64,000 bases of DNA from Nannocystales bacterium (GCA_050633305.1 JBOEGF010000022.1:96001-160000), one strand, 5' to 3'. Counted from the first letter of the stretch, positions 50,065-61,937 are shown. A program made the numbers and translations. Notes: generated by a model not told the origin, from the sequence alone.

Positions 50065-50987
50065 TGGATTTGAGACTTCATGTCATCACCTTCGCAGTCG
50101 GCCTTCTCGGCGGTTGCTTTTCAGCCGACCTGGATACCGACGTCTCTTCAGTCTTTGTATGCGAGGAGGATGTGGAATGCCCTGTTGGCCTCGCGTGCTC
50201 CGATGGTCTGTGTCGGTCATCGGAGGATCTGATGGGCCCGAGTATCGAAATCCTCGGACCTCCCATGCTGGAGATCTTCGATGAGGGGACGACCACCGTT
50301 CCTCTTACGGTTCGAGGGAGCAATCTGGAACTCACATCAACGGAGACCGATTCTGCGAACGCGGGCTTTATCGAAGTCTATGTCGACGGAACACTCGTCG
50401 ACGCGATCACAGATGGCGTCCTGGAGAACGGCATCGAGATCCCGCGCATGGCCATCCCTGATGCCCCTGGGCTGCACCACATTGTGTTGTCGGCGCGGCG
50501 CCTCTCTGGTGACCGCTTTGACTCCGCAGAATCCGAGACGCACGTTGCGTTCTGGGTCGACGATGGTGAGGAGCACGTCGGGATCCTATCGCCGGCCCCC
50601 GCATCCCGAATCGAGCTTGGCGAACAAGAGATGGAGATCGAGATCGCCGCGTTGAACTTCACGTTCGTCAATCCCGGCTTCATGGACCCCTCGGCGGGCG
50701 CAGGGGATCATGAAGGCTATGTGCACCTCTTCGTTGACTCGGATGTGCCCGGATGTCTGCCGGAATGCAATTTCGACTACCAGACGTCGATCATTCCGCA
50801 GGGGCTCGCTCGTGTTAACCGGCTCACCGCGGACCAGGGGCTGATCCTGCCAGAAGGCGTGGGCACGATTCGGCTTCAGATCGTCGCGCAGACGACGGCC
50901 AACCTTCCCTACTACCAGGTCGAGGACCCCATCAACTTGGTCTACGACGAAGTCCCCGTGCAGTCGGTGCTGGGAGGTGGAGAATGA
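50064..50987 (+). CDS. Lipoprotein with Cys domain and two Ig-like His-containing domains
   Basis: LGGC lipobox, CEEDVECPVGLAC, GFIEVYVDG / HEGYVHLFVD. Confidence 0.72.
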   Translation: MDLRLHVITFAVGLLGGCFSADLDTDVSSVFVCEEDVECPVGLACSDGLCRSSEDLMGPSIEILGPPMLEIFDEGTTTVPLTVRGSNLELTSTETDSANAGFIEVYVDGTLVDAITDGVLENGIEIPRMAIPDAPGLHHIVLSARRLSGDRFDSAESETHVAFWVDDGEEHVGILSPAPASRIELGEQEMEIEIAALNFTFVNPGFMDPSAGAGDHEGYVHLFVDSDVPGCLPECNFDYQTSIIPQGLARVNRLTADQGLILPEGVGTIRLQIVAQTTANLPYYQVEDPINLVYDEVPVQSVLGGGE

Positions 50988-51553
50988 TGGGGCAGGGCGG
51001 TTGTCGCTCGCGCTGGTGCGCACCGTTGTTGACATCGTTCCTGCTGCTGGGTTGCTCCGAGCCGGAGCGAGCCACGCGGGCCGATGGCGGGGATGGGCAG
51101 GACTCCGATGATGAGACTGACGATATCGATGTCGAGGTCGATGAGGCGGAGGTTACGGACGAATTGATGGCGTATCGCAGCAATCTGGTTGCGTACTCCG
51201 GGGAGCCCGAGCACGCTGAAACCCATGCCGATGCGGCGAGCGTGGCGATCTGGGGAACGGCGGAGGTCGAGGACCTGTTTCACTCCATTGATGCAATGGA
51301 TCCGAGTCAGTCGGTCACGTTCTCTCCTGGAACCACATTCGTCAAAGAACACTTTGACGAAGAAGGAGAGCTGTTCGGCGTGAACATCATGTTCAAGGGA
51401 CCCGAGGGGTATGACCCTGAATTCGGGGACTGGGTGTGGCTGCGGGTGCGCGGGGATGAAGCCTCCCACTTCGGTCGGGTCGAGTTCTGTCAGGACTGCC
51501 ACGCCGCCGCCGTGAACAGTGACTTCGTCGTCGGATTCGGGAAGAGCGAGTAG
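50984..51553 (+). CDS. Cytochrome P460 family lipoprotein
   Basis: PGTTFVKE, IMFK..GY....GDW, C-terminal CQDCH..DFV. Confidence 0.82.
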   Translation: MMGQGGCRSRWCAPLLTSFLLLGCSEPERATRADGGDGQDSDDETDDIDVEVDEAEVTDELMAYRSNLVAYSGEPEHAETHADAASVAIWGTAEVEDLFHSIDAMDPSQSVTFSPGTTFVKEHFDEEGELFGVNIMFKGPEGYDPEFGDWVWLRVRGDEASHFGRVEFCQDCHAAAVNSDFVVGFGKSE

Positions 51554-51557
51554 TCGG

Positions 51558-53192
51558 ATGAGTAAGCACGCAAGTCAGCCCGCAGCCCCCATTCCCCTGC
51601 ACCCCGAGGTCGTGGCGGGCGCTCCGCGAAACGGCGAGGTCATCGCGGGGCGGTATACGGTGCAACGCCTGCTCGGGCGGGGCGGCATGGGCGACGTGTA
51701 CCTTGCCTCGACCGACGACGACCGGCCCGATGTCGCACTCAAGATGCTCTCGGACCGTCTACTCGACCAGCCAGACGCCGTCGCGCGCTTCGAGCGAGAA
51801 GCGACGCGCCTGCGCTCGGTCGAGCACCCCAACGTTGTCATCTTGCACGACAGTGGCGTTGATCGCGGACGACCCTTTCTTGTGATGGAGTACATCGACG
51901 GCGAGCCGCTGAGCGAGTTCTTGGAGCGCCGTGGCGCGTTGACCCTTCGTGAGTTCGTGCCGATTGCTGCGCAGATCCTCAAGGGCATGGGGCACGCGCA
52001 TCTACGAGAGATGATGATTCGAGACGTCAAGCCGTCGAACATCATGTTGTGTACTCGGAAAGGGCGGGCCAATTTCGTCAAGCTGCTGGACTTCGGCCTG
52101 GCCAAATTCACCAGCAAAGAGCCCCTCCTCACCGAAGGCCACGTCCTGGGGACGGCGGGCTACTTGGCACCAGAGGCGATACGGGGCGAGGAACTCGACT
52201 TGCGTGTCGACGTGTACGCCATCGGAGTCGTCTTCTACCAGATGCTCAGCGGCAAGGTGCCGTTCGAGGATTGCGAGAGCGCCACGCTCTTGTACAAGAC
52301 GCTGGATGAAGTGCCGCCACCGCTGGAAGATGTCGTCCCAGAAGGTCATGACATTCCGGAGGCCCTGTTCGCGTTGGTCTCTGACTGCCTCGAGAGGGAC
52401 CGTGAACGCCGCCCCAGCGATGCGAACATCATCGTGGAGCGCTTGATCGATGCTGTCCCTGCGTCGCTGTTTCGGTTGCCGACGACAGAACAGTCTCCGC
52501 GGTCTCCGGGGTATGGCAACAGCGGCTTGATGGAGCTGGTTCGCGTCAATCCCAGCGCTCGGTTCCCGGCCCAGCCTGCTCAACCTGCTGTGGACGAGGA
52601 GGTCGCCGAGCCGACTCCACAGGAGCCGCGGGCGACCCGGTGGTTGGCGGTCATTGGCGTTGCGGTGCTTGCCTCGTTGGCGACTGCGTATTCGGTCGTC
52701 TCCGTGATGAGCGATTCAGACGTGGAAAACGGAGCTGGGGTCGCGCCGGCCTCGGTGCTCCCGCTTTCGGGCTCGGGCGAGCCGACACCGAACGTCCGCG
52801 AGGCCCCGCCACTCGAGCAACAGGCCCCTCGAGGTCCCGCTCCGGTGCCTGCGGAGGTCGTTGCGGATGCCGACCCCAGCGGCGTGGCGGAGCCGGCGAA
52901 GAATGATGGCGCCACCGCCGTGCAACCCAGGGAGAAAACAAGGAGGGGGAGGCGACGCCGCCGACCCGCGCCTGCAGCTGCAGCTGCAGTCGAACCAACC
53001 CCCTCCAGCCCCGCCGCGGTGGCGTCTGCAACAGGGCCCGCGGAAGGGACTTCACCCAAGCCACGCGCTGCCCGGGTTGGTGCAGAAGCCCCCAAGGCTC
53101 CGTCCAGAGACAAGAAGCGCGACTCCGTATTCTTGTCGGCGGACCGCGACGAGAGTCGGACGACGAGGTCGGCGCTGTTGCCCGCGCGCTAG
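51558..53192 (+). CDS. Membrane Ser/Thr protein kinase (IRD catalytic loop)
   Basis: GRGGMG, VALK, IRDVKPSN, DFG, APE; TM segment; Pro/Ala-rich tail. Confidence 0.92.
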   Translation: MSKHASQPAAPIPLHPEVVAGAPRNGEVIAGRYTVQRLLGRGGMGDVYLASTDDDRPDVALKMLSDRLLDQPDAVARFEREATRLRSVEHPNVVILHDSGVDRGRPFLVMEYIDGEPLSEFLERRGALTLREFVPIAAQILKGMGHAHLREMMIRDVKPSNIMLCTRKGRANFVKLLDFGLAKFTSKEPLLTEGHVLGTAGYLAPEAIRGEELDLRVDVYAIGVVFYQMLSGKVPFEDCESATLLYKTLDEVPPPLEDVVPEGHDIPEALFALVSDCLERDRERRPSDANIIVERLIDAVPASLFRLPTTEQSPRSPGYGNSGLMELVRVNPSARFPAQPAQPAVDEEVAEPTPQEPRATRWLAVIGVAVLASLATAYSVVSVMSDSDVENGAGVAPASVLPLSGSGEPTPNVREAPPLEQQAPRGPAPVPAEVVADADPSGVAEPAKNDGATAVQPREKTRRGRRRRRPAPAAAAAVEPTPSSPAAVASATGPAEGTSPKPRAARVGAEAPKAPSRDKKRDSVFLSADRDESRTTRSALLPAR

Positions 53193-53410
53193 CTTGGGGC
53201 CGCCCCCGAGGGGGCGTGGAACCCGGCCGTTGCTAGTGACGACGCCAGCCCTACGGTGGCGTCGTTCCTCGTCGAGCGGCGCAAGCAGTCGGTGAGGAGC
53301 TGCTGCATGGGCGCTGGGCACCCCGGTGGGTCCGTCGAGTTGGGGACGGCCCCGAGGCAGCGGAGTCTCCGCGGCGGTCCTGCCGATTTGCCGATTGCCC
53401 TGCGCTCACG

Positions 53411-55510
53411 TTAGAAGCGGAGCCCGCCCACGAAGCCTGGCCAGAGTGCGACCCGGCCTCCGCTGGTGTTGTTCTTTGACCAGGCGGTCCAGCCGTAGCC
53501 CAGCCGAGGGCGGTCGTCGTCCTCCTCGATGACGACGTTGAACGTCGGCCCACCCCACACGGTGAGCCGCGGTGCAAAGGACCACGCGAACATCAGCCGG
53601 GCCTTCGTGAGGCCGCCGATGTGCCCCTGGAACGACCGATCGGTGAAGGTCGAGTACCCCCCGAGGTCGATGTCGATTGCGGCTGAGTTCCCGACTGGGA
53701 TGTGTCCACCGAAGCCTGCACCGAACTGCCATCCGGCACTCTCGCCGATGGGGTGGAAGCCCGCGGCGAGAAAGGAGTAGGTGTATTTGGCCGGAAACCG
53801 CAGTCCGAGGTTCAGCATCGCCGTGTCGCTGGTGTAGACCTCCGGATGGACGCCGCCTTCCTGGGTGAACGCGAACAATCCGATGCTCGCGTCCGCTTCT
53901 TTGGCGATGTTGACGAGCCCGACCTGGACACTCACGTCCCGGCCGACATTGACGAGTCCGAGCTGGGCCCCCTCGACGTTTCGGCCCACGTTGAGCAGGG
54001 CGAGCTGGGCTCCGCTGAAGGAGCGCCCCGCGACGTTGACGTTGCCGAGCTGCACGCCGCGCCCTTCGCCCGCCCAGTTGATGCCGGAGGTCAGCTGCGC
54101 GCCTTGGAGGCGTCCAGCCGCGTTGAAGCCCGCCGACAGCTGGGCGCCACGAGCATCCTCCGAAACCCAGTTCCCGCCGACGGTGAGCTGAGCCCCCGCG
54201 AGCCGTCCGGTGGAGACGTTCGCTCCGACCGACCACTGCAAGCCAATGACGTGTTCGGCAGCCACGTCGGCAGCGAGCGCCATCGAGAGGCCGTGGACGC
54301 GGGCTGATTCGGCCCATAGGAGTGCGGCGCCAAAGTTGACGATGGTCGGCCGACCGCGTCGACCGACGCTGAGCGCCGGGAGGACGCCGATATTGAACGG
54401 GATCTGGAGGTAGTCGCTGTCGGCCGGTGCTCCGCGAGCCGTCGTTTCCTCCTTGGGGATCGTCGAGAACGCCGATGCGGCGAGGGAGACCTGGCCCTTT
54501 CGCGTGAGTGTGACAGGGGCTCGGGCGAAGAGACCTTCGTTTTCTACGGTGACTGTGTAGTCGCCGGGCTCGAGTGCGAGCAAGACTGGGTCTCCGTCGC
54601 CCGGGACGACCAGTTCGGCGGCCAGGCGCCCCTTTTCCGTCCGTACCCAGACCCGGCCGCGGATCGATGGCTCGAGCTCGAGCCGGGCGTTGGCTTGACG
54701 AAGGTCGGTCATGACGAGTTCGCCAGTTCCCGAAAGACGGATGTCGTAGGCCGCGTGCTGCACACCCGCCGAGGTGGCCTGCGTGTGCTCGAGCGTCTCC
54801 TCGTAGGCGAACTCGTAGGCCTCACCCAGCGTCACCTGGCGGTCGCCGTTGCTGTCGGCGGCGCCGCGCATTCCACTGACGAGAAAGTGCGTGAAGAAGG
54901 AGCCGCCGATACGATCGGACTCCTGTGCGGTCTCCTCTGCGGAGCTCGAGGTGAGGAAGGCGTGCCCTTCGACCTCAGAGGTGGAGTTGACCAGGAACGG
55001 CGCACGCCGGCGTCCGCCTTTGATCCGCGTGAACGCACCGGACGCGCACGAATCCAAGATCGCGATGTGTACGTCGGCCGGGACTGCGTCGAGCAGTTTC
55101 CTCAGCTCGACGTAGGTCACCTTGTCCTCCCCGAGCAACAGGCCAGTCTCGTCCGAATGTCCCGAGTAATAGAAAATGAACTCGACACGTCGGCTTCGCG
55201 CGCGGGCGGTCTTGGCCCGAGAGGCCGCGCGTTCGAGCGCCGAGGTCAGCTTGTCCGGGGTGGCGCGGAAGACGTGCAGCTCGTTGCTGCTTCCCAGGCC
55301 TCCTGCTTGCCGCAGGACCTTGCCCACTGCGTACGCATCGGACTCTGCGTAGCGCAGGACCGCACGGCCATCGCCTCCGTGGTTGGCCGAGGTGAGCACG
55401 GCGATGCGTTCGACCGCTGCGCCTGCGGGAGCAGCATTCGCGGCCCAGACCGGGCCAGAGAACAGCCCTGCGATGAGCAAGGCGGGGAGAAACCACAGGG
55501 AGGGGAACAT
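53411..55510 (-). CDS. Secreted caspase-family (C14) protein with GAQLG repeats and probable OM barrel
   Basis: LRYAESDA, YYSGH, ILDSC, AQESD; GAQL(G/S/T)..N repeats; ends GLRF; start 55510-55573. Confidence 0.88.
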   Translation of the reverse strand: MFPSLWFLPALLIAGLFSGPVWAANAAPAGAAVERIAVLTSANHGGDGRAVLRYAESDAYAVGKVLRQAGGLGSSNELHVFRATPDKLTSALERAASRAKTARARSRRVEFIFYYSGHSDETGLLLGEDKVTYVELRKLLDAVPADVHIAILDSCASGAFTRIKGGRRRAPFLVNSTSEVEGHAFLTSSSAEETAQESDRIGGSFFTHFLVSGMRGAADSNGDRQVTLGEAYEFAYEETLEHTQATSAGVQHAAYDIRLSGTGELVMTDLRQANARLELEPSIRGRVWVRTEKGRLAAELVVPGDGDPVLLALEPGDYTVTVENEGLFARAPVTLTRKGQVSLAASAFSTIPKEETTARGAPADSDYLQIPFNIGVLPALSVGRRGRPTIVNFGAALLWAESARVHGLSMALAADVAAEHVIGLQWSVGANVSTGRLAGAQLTVGGNWVSEDARGAQLSAGFNAAGRLQGAQLTSGINWAGEGRGVQLGNVNVAGRSFSGAQLALLNVGRNVEGAQLGLVNVGRDVSVQVGLVNIAKEADASIGLFAFTQEGGVHPEVYTSDTAMLNLGLRFPAKYTYSFLAAGFHPIGESAGWQFGAGFGGHIPVGNSAAIDIDLGGYSTFTDRSFQGHIGGLTKARLMFAWSFAPRLTVWGGPTFNVVIEEDDDRPRLGYGWTAWSKNNTSGGRVALWPGFVGGLRF

Positions 55511-56026
55511 GGGGCGGTTGGCGGGCGTCACGTCGGCGGGCCTGCACATGGTGGACACAACAACACCGGGCACGCCGTGTGGTGTTCATCGCAGGTGAGG
55601 TTTTTTTCTGAGGTCCGCTTTGGTGCCCTCATCGGGTCGTGGGAGCACACCGGGGCTCTCCTGCAGCGTCAGGGCAGGCGTGCGCTGAACACGCGGGGCG
55701 GGCGGTGGGGGCCGTCACGGCTGGGGATCCGTCGTCCGTCTTGCGGCGGGTCGCAGGTGCACAGCAACGCAGCCGACAGCGTAGAAGCCTGTCTGAGTCG
55801 CATCTTCGCGGGCGGGCGACGGAGTTGACCCCGGGGTGCCGTCGGACGTCCCGGAGCGGCTGAGCCGGGCTTCACGCGAGGCGTGTGTCGACACCGAAGA
55901 TTTCTTCGCAGGCCGACGAACACTTTTGCATCTGACCGGTGTTCTGAGAGGTGCAGGTCGGCCGGAGCCCCGACGCGCCCATTGGCGTCGCGTTGAGAGG
56001 ACCGGTGCCTGCCTCGCAGGACACAT

Positions 56027-56671
56027 ATGAATCTCAACGACCAATTTCTAAGGCTCGCGCTCAATGGTTCCGAGTGGGTGCTCTGGCTGCTCGTCGCGAT
56101 CAGCCTCGGGGCAACCGCGGTGATGGTGGAACGCTGGATCGTCTACGGTGGTTTGCGGCGTCGAGAGGCTCAGCTCGCGAAGTTGATGGCCGGGCGTAGC
56201 CCCGAGCGGTGGGGGGAGCTTCGCCGCGTCGCGAACCAACTCGACACGCCCGGTGCTCGGCTCTTGGAGCGGGTTCTTCGGGCTCGAAGCGAGCGAGCCG
56301 ACAACCTGGAACTCATCGTGGAGTCGGCGAAGACGGCGGAGAAGGTTCGCCTTGAACGCAACCTCGGGTTCTTGGGAACCGTGGGTGCCAACGCGCCGTT
56401 CATCGGACTGCTCGGGACCGTGCTCGAGATTCTGCGGGTGTTCAACCTGCTGGGCGACCAGGGGGTGACCTCGGCTGCCGACACGTCCTCGATCATGACC
56501 GGAATCTCCGAGGCCCTGGTGGCGACAGGGGTCGGCTTGTTGGTCGCGATCCCTGCGACCATCGCCTACAACGCCTACCTCAAACGGGTCGGTGGCTTGC
56601 TCAGTCAGGCCCAAGAGACCGCCTCGGCGGGCCTGGAGTTCTCCGGGGTGCACGAAGGAGCGGAGGTCTGA
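56027..56671 (+). CDS. exbB: ExbB/TolQ/MotA proton channel
   Basis: LGTVGANAPFIGLLGTV, GISEALVATGVGLLVAIPA. Confidence 0.9.
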   Translation: MNLNDQFLRLALNGSEWVLWLLVAISLGATAVMVERWIVYGGLRRREAQLAKLMAGRSPERWGELRRVANQLDTPGARLLERVLRARSERADNLELIVESAKTAEKVRLERNLGFLGTVGANAPFIGLLGTVLEILRVFNLLGDQGVTSAADTSSIMTGISEALVATGVGLLVAIPATIAYNAYLKRVGGLLSQAQETASAGLEFSGVHEGAEV

Positions 56672-57099
56672 TGGCTGCCGCAGGCGGACAGAGCGAGGGG
56701 CTGACGGCGATCAACATCACCCCGATGGTGGACATCATGTTGGTGCTGCTGGTCATCTTCATGGTGACAACCTCGGCGATCAACGAGGTGGAATCGCTGG
56801 AGGTCAACCGGCCCGACGCGGCGACAGGCCAGAACACGCCCTCGGGCGATGGTCAGATCCTCCTGACCTGTCTCGCCGATGGGGGGACGAGTGTAGACGG
56901 GGTCGTGACGACGTCTGATGCGGCGGTTCTCGCTGCGATCGCGGCGAGAAAAGCGAAGACTCCCGAGCTTCACGGGGTCCTCTCCTGCGACGAAGACGCA
57001 CGTGTTCGTACGTTGGTCCGCCTGCTCGACCTTCTGCGCAAAGCCGGCGTCAGCAAGTACGCCATCGCGACCGAACAACCTCAAGAGCGTCAGGGGTAA
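56671..57099 (+). CDS. exbD: ExbD/TolR
   Basis: INITPMVDIMLVLLVIFM. Confidence 0.92.
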   Translation: MAAAGGQSEGLTAINITPMVDIMLVLLVIFMVTTSAINEVESLEVNRPDAATGQNTPSGDGQILLTCLADGGTSVDGVVTTSDAAVLAAIAARKAKTPELHGVLSCDEDARVRTLVRLLDLLRKAGVSKYAIATEQPQERQG

Positions 57100-57107
57100 G
57101 CCTCGCC

Positions 57108-57963
<856 letters not shown>

Positions 57964-57992
<29 letters not shown>

Positions 57993-60804
57993 CGACGCCT
58001 TCTTGCGCCGCGTCCGTGCTGCGACGTTTCTGGCCATCTTCTGCGCTCCGGCGCTGGCGGTCGCTGCCGCACCGCCCGAACCGCCACCATCCTCCGCCCC
58101 GGACGAGGCGTTGGAGTCGGCGGAGGAGTCGCCGGCCGACGCACCCAACTCGGACGGGGAGCCTTCGGGTCCGCCGCCGGGACTGGTGATGCCGGTCCTC
58201 GAGCGCGAGGTTTCGTTCGAGTACCCTGAGGCGTTGGCGCAGCAACCCGAGCCGCCCTCGGGAAGCGTGGTCGTGCGGTTTGTGGTCGACGTCGACGGTG
58301 GGACGAAGGAGGCCGAGGTCACGCAGTCTGTCGCGCCTGAGATCGATGCCGCCGCACTCGAAGCCATCGCGTCGCTAAAGTATCGACCCGCGACCTTCGA
58401 AGGCAACCCGGTCGAACTTGTCTTGTCGATGACGATCGAGGTCAGCCCGCCCGAGCCGGCCCCACCGGAGCCCCAGGTCGGAGCGGAGCCGGACGTTGAG
58501 GCTGAAGACGAGCCCGAGCCGGTCCCCAGCGGGCCAGTGCGGGTTCGCGGCAGGGTGCTGCAAGCCGGGGAGCGGCAGCCGCTGGAAGGGGCGGTGATCA
58601 CGGTCTACCCTGCCGGCAACACGAAGCTGGGACGGATCCCGTATCGCAAGCGCAAGCCGCCCACCACGGAGCCCGCGTGGACCGCTGGAACGCGGAGTGA
58701 GGCCGATGGCTCCTTCGAGCTGCGCGATGTCCAGGAGGGTCGGCTGCGTGTCGTGATCATGACCCAGGGGTACGAACGCCTCGAGTACGTCGTGGAACTC
58801 GGCGACAACGAGGTGCTCGAACTCGAGTACTACCAGGTCCGACTGAACACGAACCCCTATCGGACAGAGGTCGAAACCGAGGCGGACGCGTTCCAAGAGG
58901 TTCGCCGCCACAAGTTGGAACCCGAAGAACTCGCGAAGCTACCCGGCACCAACGGCGATGCGCTCAAGGCGGTCCAGAACTTCCCTGGTGTTGCACGCGC
59001 GCCCTTCGGGTTGGGGCAGCTTGTCCTGCGCGGAGCGGCGCCGGCCGACTCGCGGGTGTACCTCGCTGGCCACGAGGTCCCCAGTCTCTTCCACTTCGGA
59101 GGCCTCACCAGCGTGTTCAACTCCAGCCTCATCGAGAGTATGGAGCTGGTCCCGGGCAACTTCGACTCCCGGTACGGCAACGCGATCGGTGGCGTGGTCA
59201 ATGTCGAGACTCGGAAGGGTCGCCGTGACGGTTTCCACGGCTACGTCAAAGCGGATGTCTTCGATGCCGCCGGGGTGGTCGAGGGGCCGATCGGCAAGGG
59301 GTCGTTCGCGCTCTCCGTTCGTCGGAGTTACATCGACGCGATCTTGCCCGCCGTGCTGCCCAGTGACGGCAACCTTTCGTTCTCGGTGGCGCCGCGCTAC
59401 TACGACTACTCGGGCTCGTTCGACTACCCGCTGGCTGGGGGCAATTTCACCGCGCGCGTGCTTGGATCTGACGACCGGCTCACGCTCATCGACACCAACG
59501 AGAACGACGACGACGCAGGGACCCGCGGCACGATCGGGACGGTCTCCTGGTTTCACCGCGCTGACCTCGCCTACGAGAAACGGTGGCGAAAGTGGTCGTT
59601 CTTCATCTCCCCTTCGTATCGCCGCGACCACTTCTCGCTCGATATCGGAGAGGACGCTCGGTTCGGGTTGGAAACAGACCGCTTCAGCGGCCGGGCCGAA
59701 GTCACCCGGGAGGTCGGGAAACGCTCGTCTTGGCGACTGGGAACCGAGGTCATCACGGACTGGTTCACCGTCGACATCAAGTCGCCACCGCCCAGCGGAA
59801 ACGCGTCCGGACCTCGTGGTGGAAGTGGGTCTCCCGGAGGCGACTCTCTGTCGCCTGTTGGCTCGAACTACCGCGTCTTCATTGCTCGGCCCTCGCTGTA
59901 CTCCACATTCCGGTGGGGCATCACGGACCGGTTTGCGGTGTCGCCAGGGCTGCGGCTGACCTACCTGGTCGGCGATCGCAACTCGTTGATGGTCGACCCG
60001 CGGCTCAGCGCGGAGGTCAAGGCCACCGATACGACCACCATCACCGCAGCGGCGGGCATCTATTCCCAGCTCAACTACGACGTGACCAACGCCCGGGACT
60101 TCGGGAACCCCGACCTCGATCCGGACAAAGCGATGCACGTCAGCCTCGGTGTCGCGCAGGACTTCGGCGCGGGGTGGAACGCGAGCGCGACCGGCTTCTA
60201 CAAACACCTGTGGTCGCTCGCCGCGACGACGGATGAGGTCGTCGAGGGCCCGGACGGGCAGTTGAAGCCGCTTCTTTTCGACGACACCGGGGTGGGGCGG
60301 GTCTACGGGGGCGAGTTGATGGTCCGCAAGGAGATGACCGGAAACCTCTACGGTTGGGCGGCGTACACCCTCAGCCGTAGCGAGGTTCAACAACGCTCTG
60401 GTGAGCCGTTCGAGCTGTTCGGCTACGACCAGACCCACGTGTTCACGCTGCTCTCCGCGTATCGTCTGCCGAGAAACTGGCAGATCGGGCTTCGGTTCCG
60501 GGTCGCGTCCGGCAACCCCTACACCCCGATTCACGACGGTGTCGCACAGCTGCGGGAGGGTCTGCAGTTCGGTCTGCCCGCGGACAACAACTCGGCCCGC
60601 TTTCGTGCCTTTCACCAGCTCGACCTTCGTGTCGACAAGACCTGGACCTTCCAGCGCGTCGCGCTGGACGCGTATCTCGATGTCCAGAATGTCTACAACG
60701 CGAAGAACCCCGAGTTCCTCGAAGAGTCTTGGAACTACCAGCGTCAGACGACGATCAACTCCCTCCCGATCATCCCGTCGATCGGCCTGAAACTCACGTG
60801 GTAG
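57964..60804 (+). CDS. TonB-dependent receptor with N-terminal TonB-C domain
   Basis: GSVVVRFVVDVDG..YRPAT; plug LPGTNGDALKAVQNFPGV, LFHFGG, YGNAIGGV; barrel HQLDLRVDK, terminal W; start uncertain. Confidence 0.9.
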
Positions 60805-60806
60805 CG

Positions 60807-61937
60807 ATGTCTCGTCTCCTCCATTCTCAACTCCTGCTCTGGCTTTCTCTGGGGGCGCTTGGCTCCGGATGCGGCGACACGCTTCCTCCGTACGAGAAGG
60901 TGGTCGAGCACCGACTGCTCTCGGCACCGGTGCGCGTGGTCGGACCGCACGAACCACTCGACGTCGCCGAGGGCTTTGTGGCCGCAGAAGCTCTGCCTGC
61001 AGAGACCGTGGAAGTGACAGCGTTCGCGGTCGGTCCCGATGGACCGGTCGCTCTGAACGCACTCGACCTACGGTGGATCGCTTGCGAACTCCCCCCGGGG
61101 GCGGGCGCGTTTGCGTGCCTCTCGGAGAGTTTTCCTCTCTCCCTCGACGGGCTCGGGGTCTGTGACTTCCCCGATCTGGACGACCTTCGGGCCGCCGGCG
61201 AGCCCGAGGAGTTTGGCGGCCCCTGCTTGCTGAGCGAGGATCCGAGCGAGGGCTTTGAGGTCCCTGTCACCGCGGGCACGCTTGCGGGTGCGAGCCTCGA
61301 ACTCACCGCAATCGGAGCCACTCCCGGCGGCACGCCGTCGGAGCAGTGTGCCCGCGAGCTGTTGGCGGGGAGGGCCGATGTGCCGAACGACTGCATCTAC
61401 GGCGTGCAGGTTGTTCCCATCGGATCCGAGCAGCGACTGCTCCAATGGTTGTCGGACGAGGGCATCGGGGATGCCGAGGCGCCGCAATCCGACGAGGTCG
61501 ACCCGGTCGATGTGCACCCCCGCGTCACGAGCTTCCAGGTCTCGGTGCTCGGAGACGACGACCAGCCCCTTGCCGAGCCAGTCGAGGTTCCGCTGGGCGG
61601 CACGTTCGAGGCCCGCGCCGGGCAGCGGCTGCGTGTTGACGTGACTTCACCCGAGGAGGACCTGCAGGAGTATCGATACCCCGTCAACGGCGGCGCGGAC
61701 TTCGAGACCGCGACCGAGCAATACACCGGGCAGTGGTTCATCACCTGGGGCTCGCTGTTGTCCCCCGTGAGCATCGACGCGGACAGCTACAACGAGTGGA
61801 CACTGGAGTCGGCGGACGAGGACGCATCCCGGCCTGCGGACGAGGTCGCGCATCTCTACTACGTCGTTCGTGACGGCCGCAACGGCGCGGAAAACTGGTG
61901 GATCTCGGTGCGCTTCGTGGGCGAGGACGGCGCCTGA
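60807..61937 (+). CDS. Receptor-associated lipoprotein
   Basis: Lipobox GSGC; C-terminal VVRDGRNG..W. Confidence 0.75.
   Translation: MSRLLHSQLLLWLSLGALGSGCGDTLPPYEKVVEHRLLSAPVRVVGPHEPLDVAEGFVAAEALPAETVEVTAFAVGPDGPVALNALDLRWIACELPPGAGAFACLSESFPLSLDGLGVCDFPDLDDLRAAGEPEEFGGPCLLSEDPSEGFEVPVTAGTLAGASLELTAIGATPGGTPSEQCARELLAGRADVPNDCIYGVQVVPIGSEQRLLQWLSDEGIGDAEAPQSDEVDPVDVHPRVTSFQVSVLGDDDQPLAEPVEVPLGGTFEARAGQRLRVDVTSPEEDLQEYRYPVNGGADFETATEQYTGQWFITWGSLLSPVSIDADSYNEWTLESADEDASRPADEVAHLYYVVRDGRNGAENWWISVRFVGEDGA

Noticed and set aside
58939..61062. Long antisense ORFs (also 8940-10853, 35964-37703, 44473-46278)
   Set aside because: Typical high-GC shadow frames opposite well-supported genes
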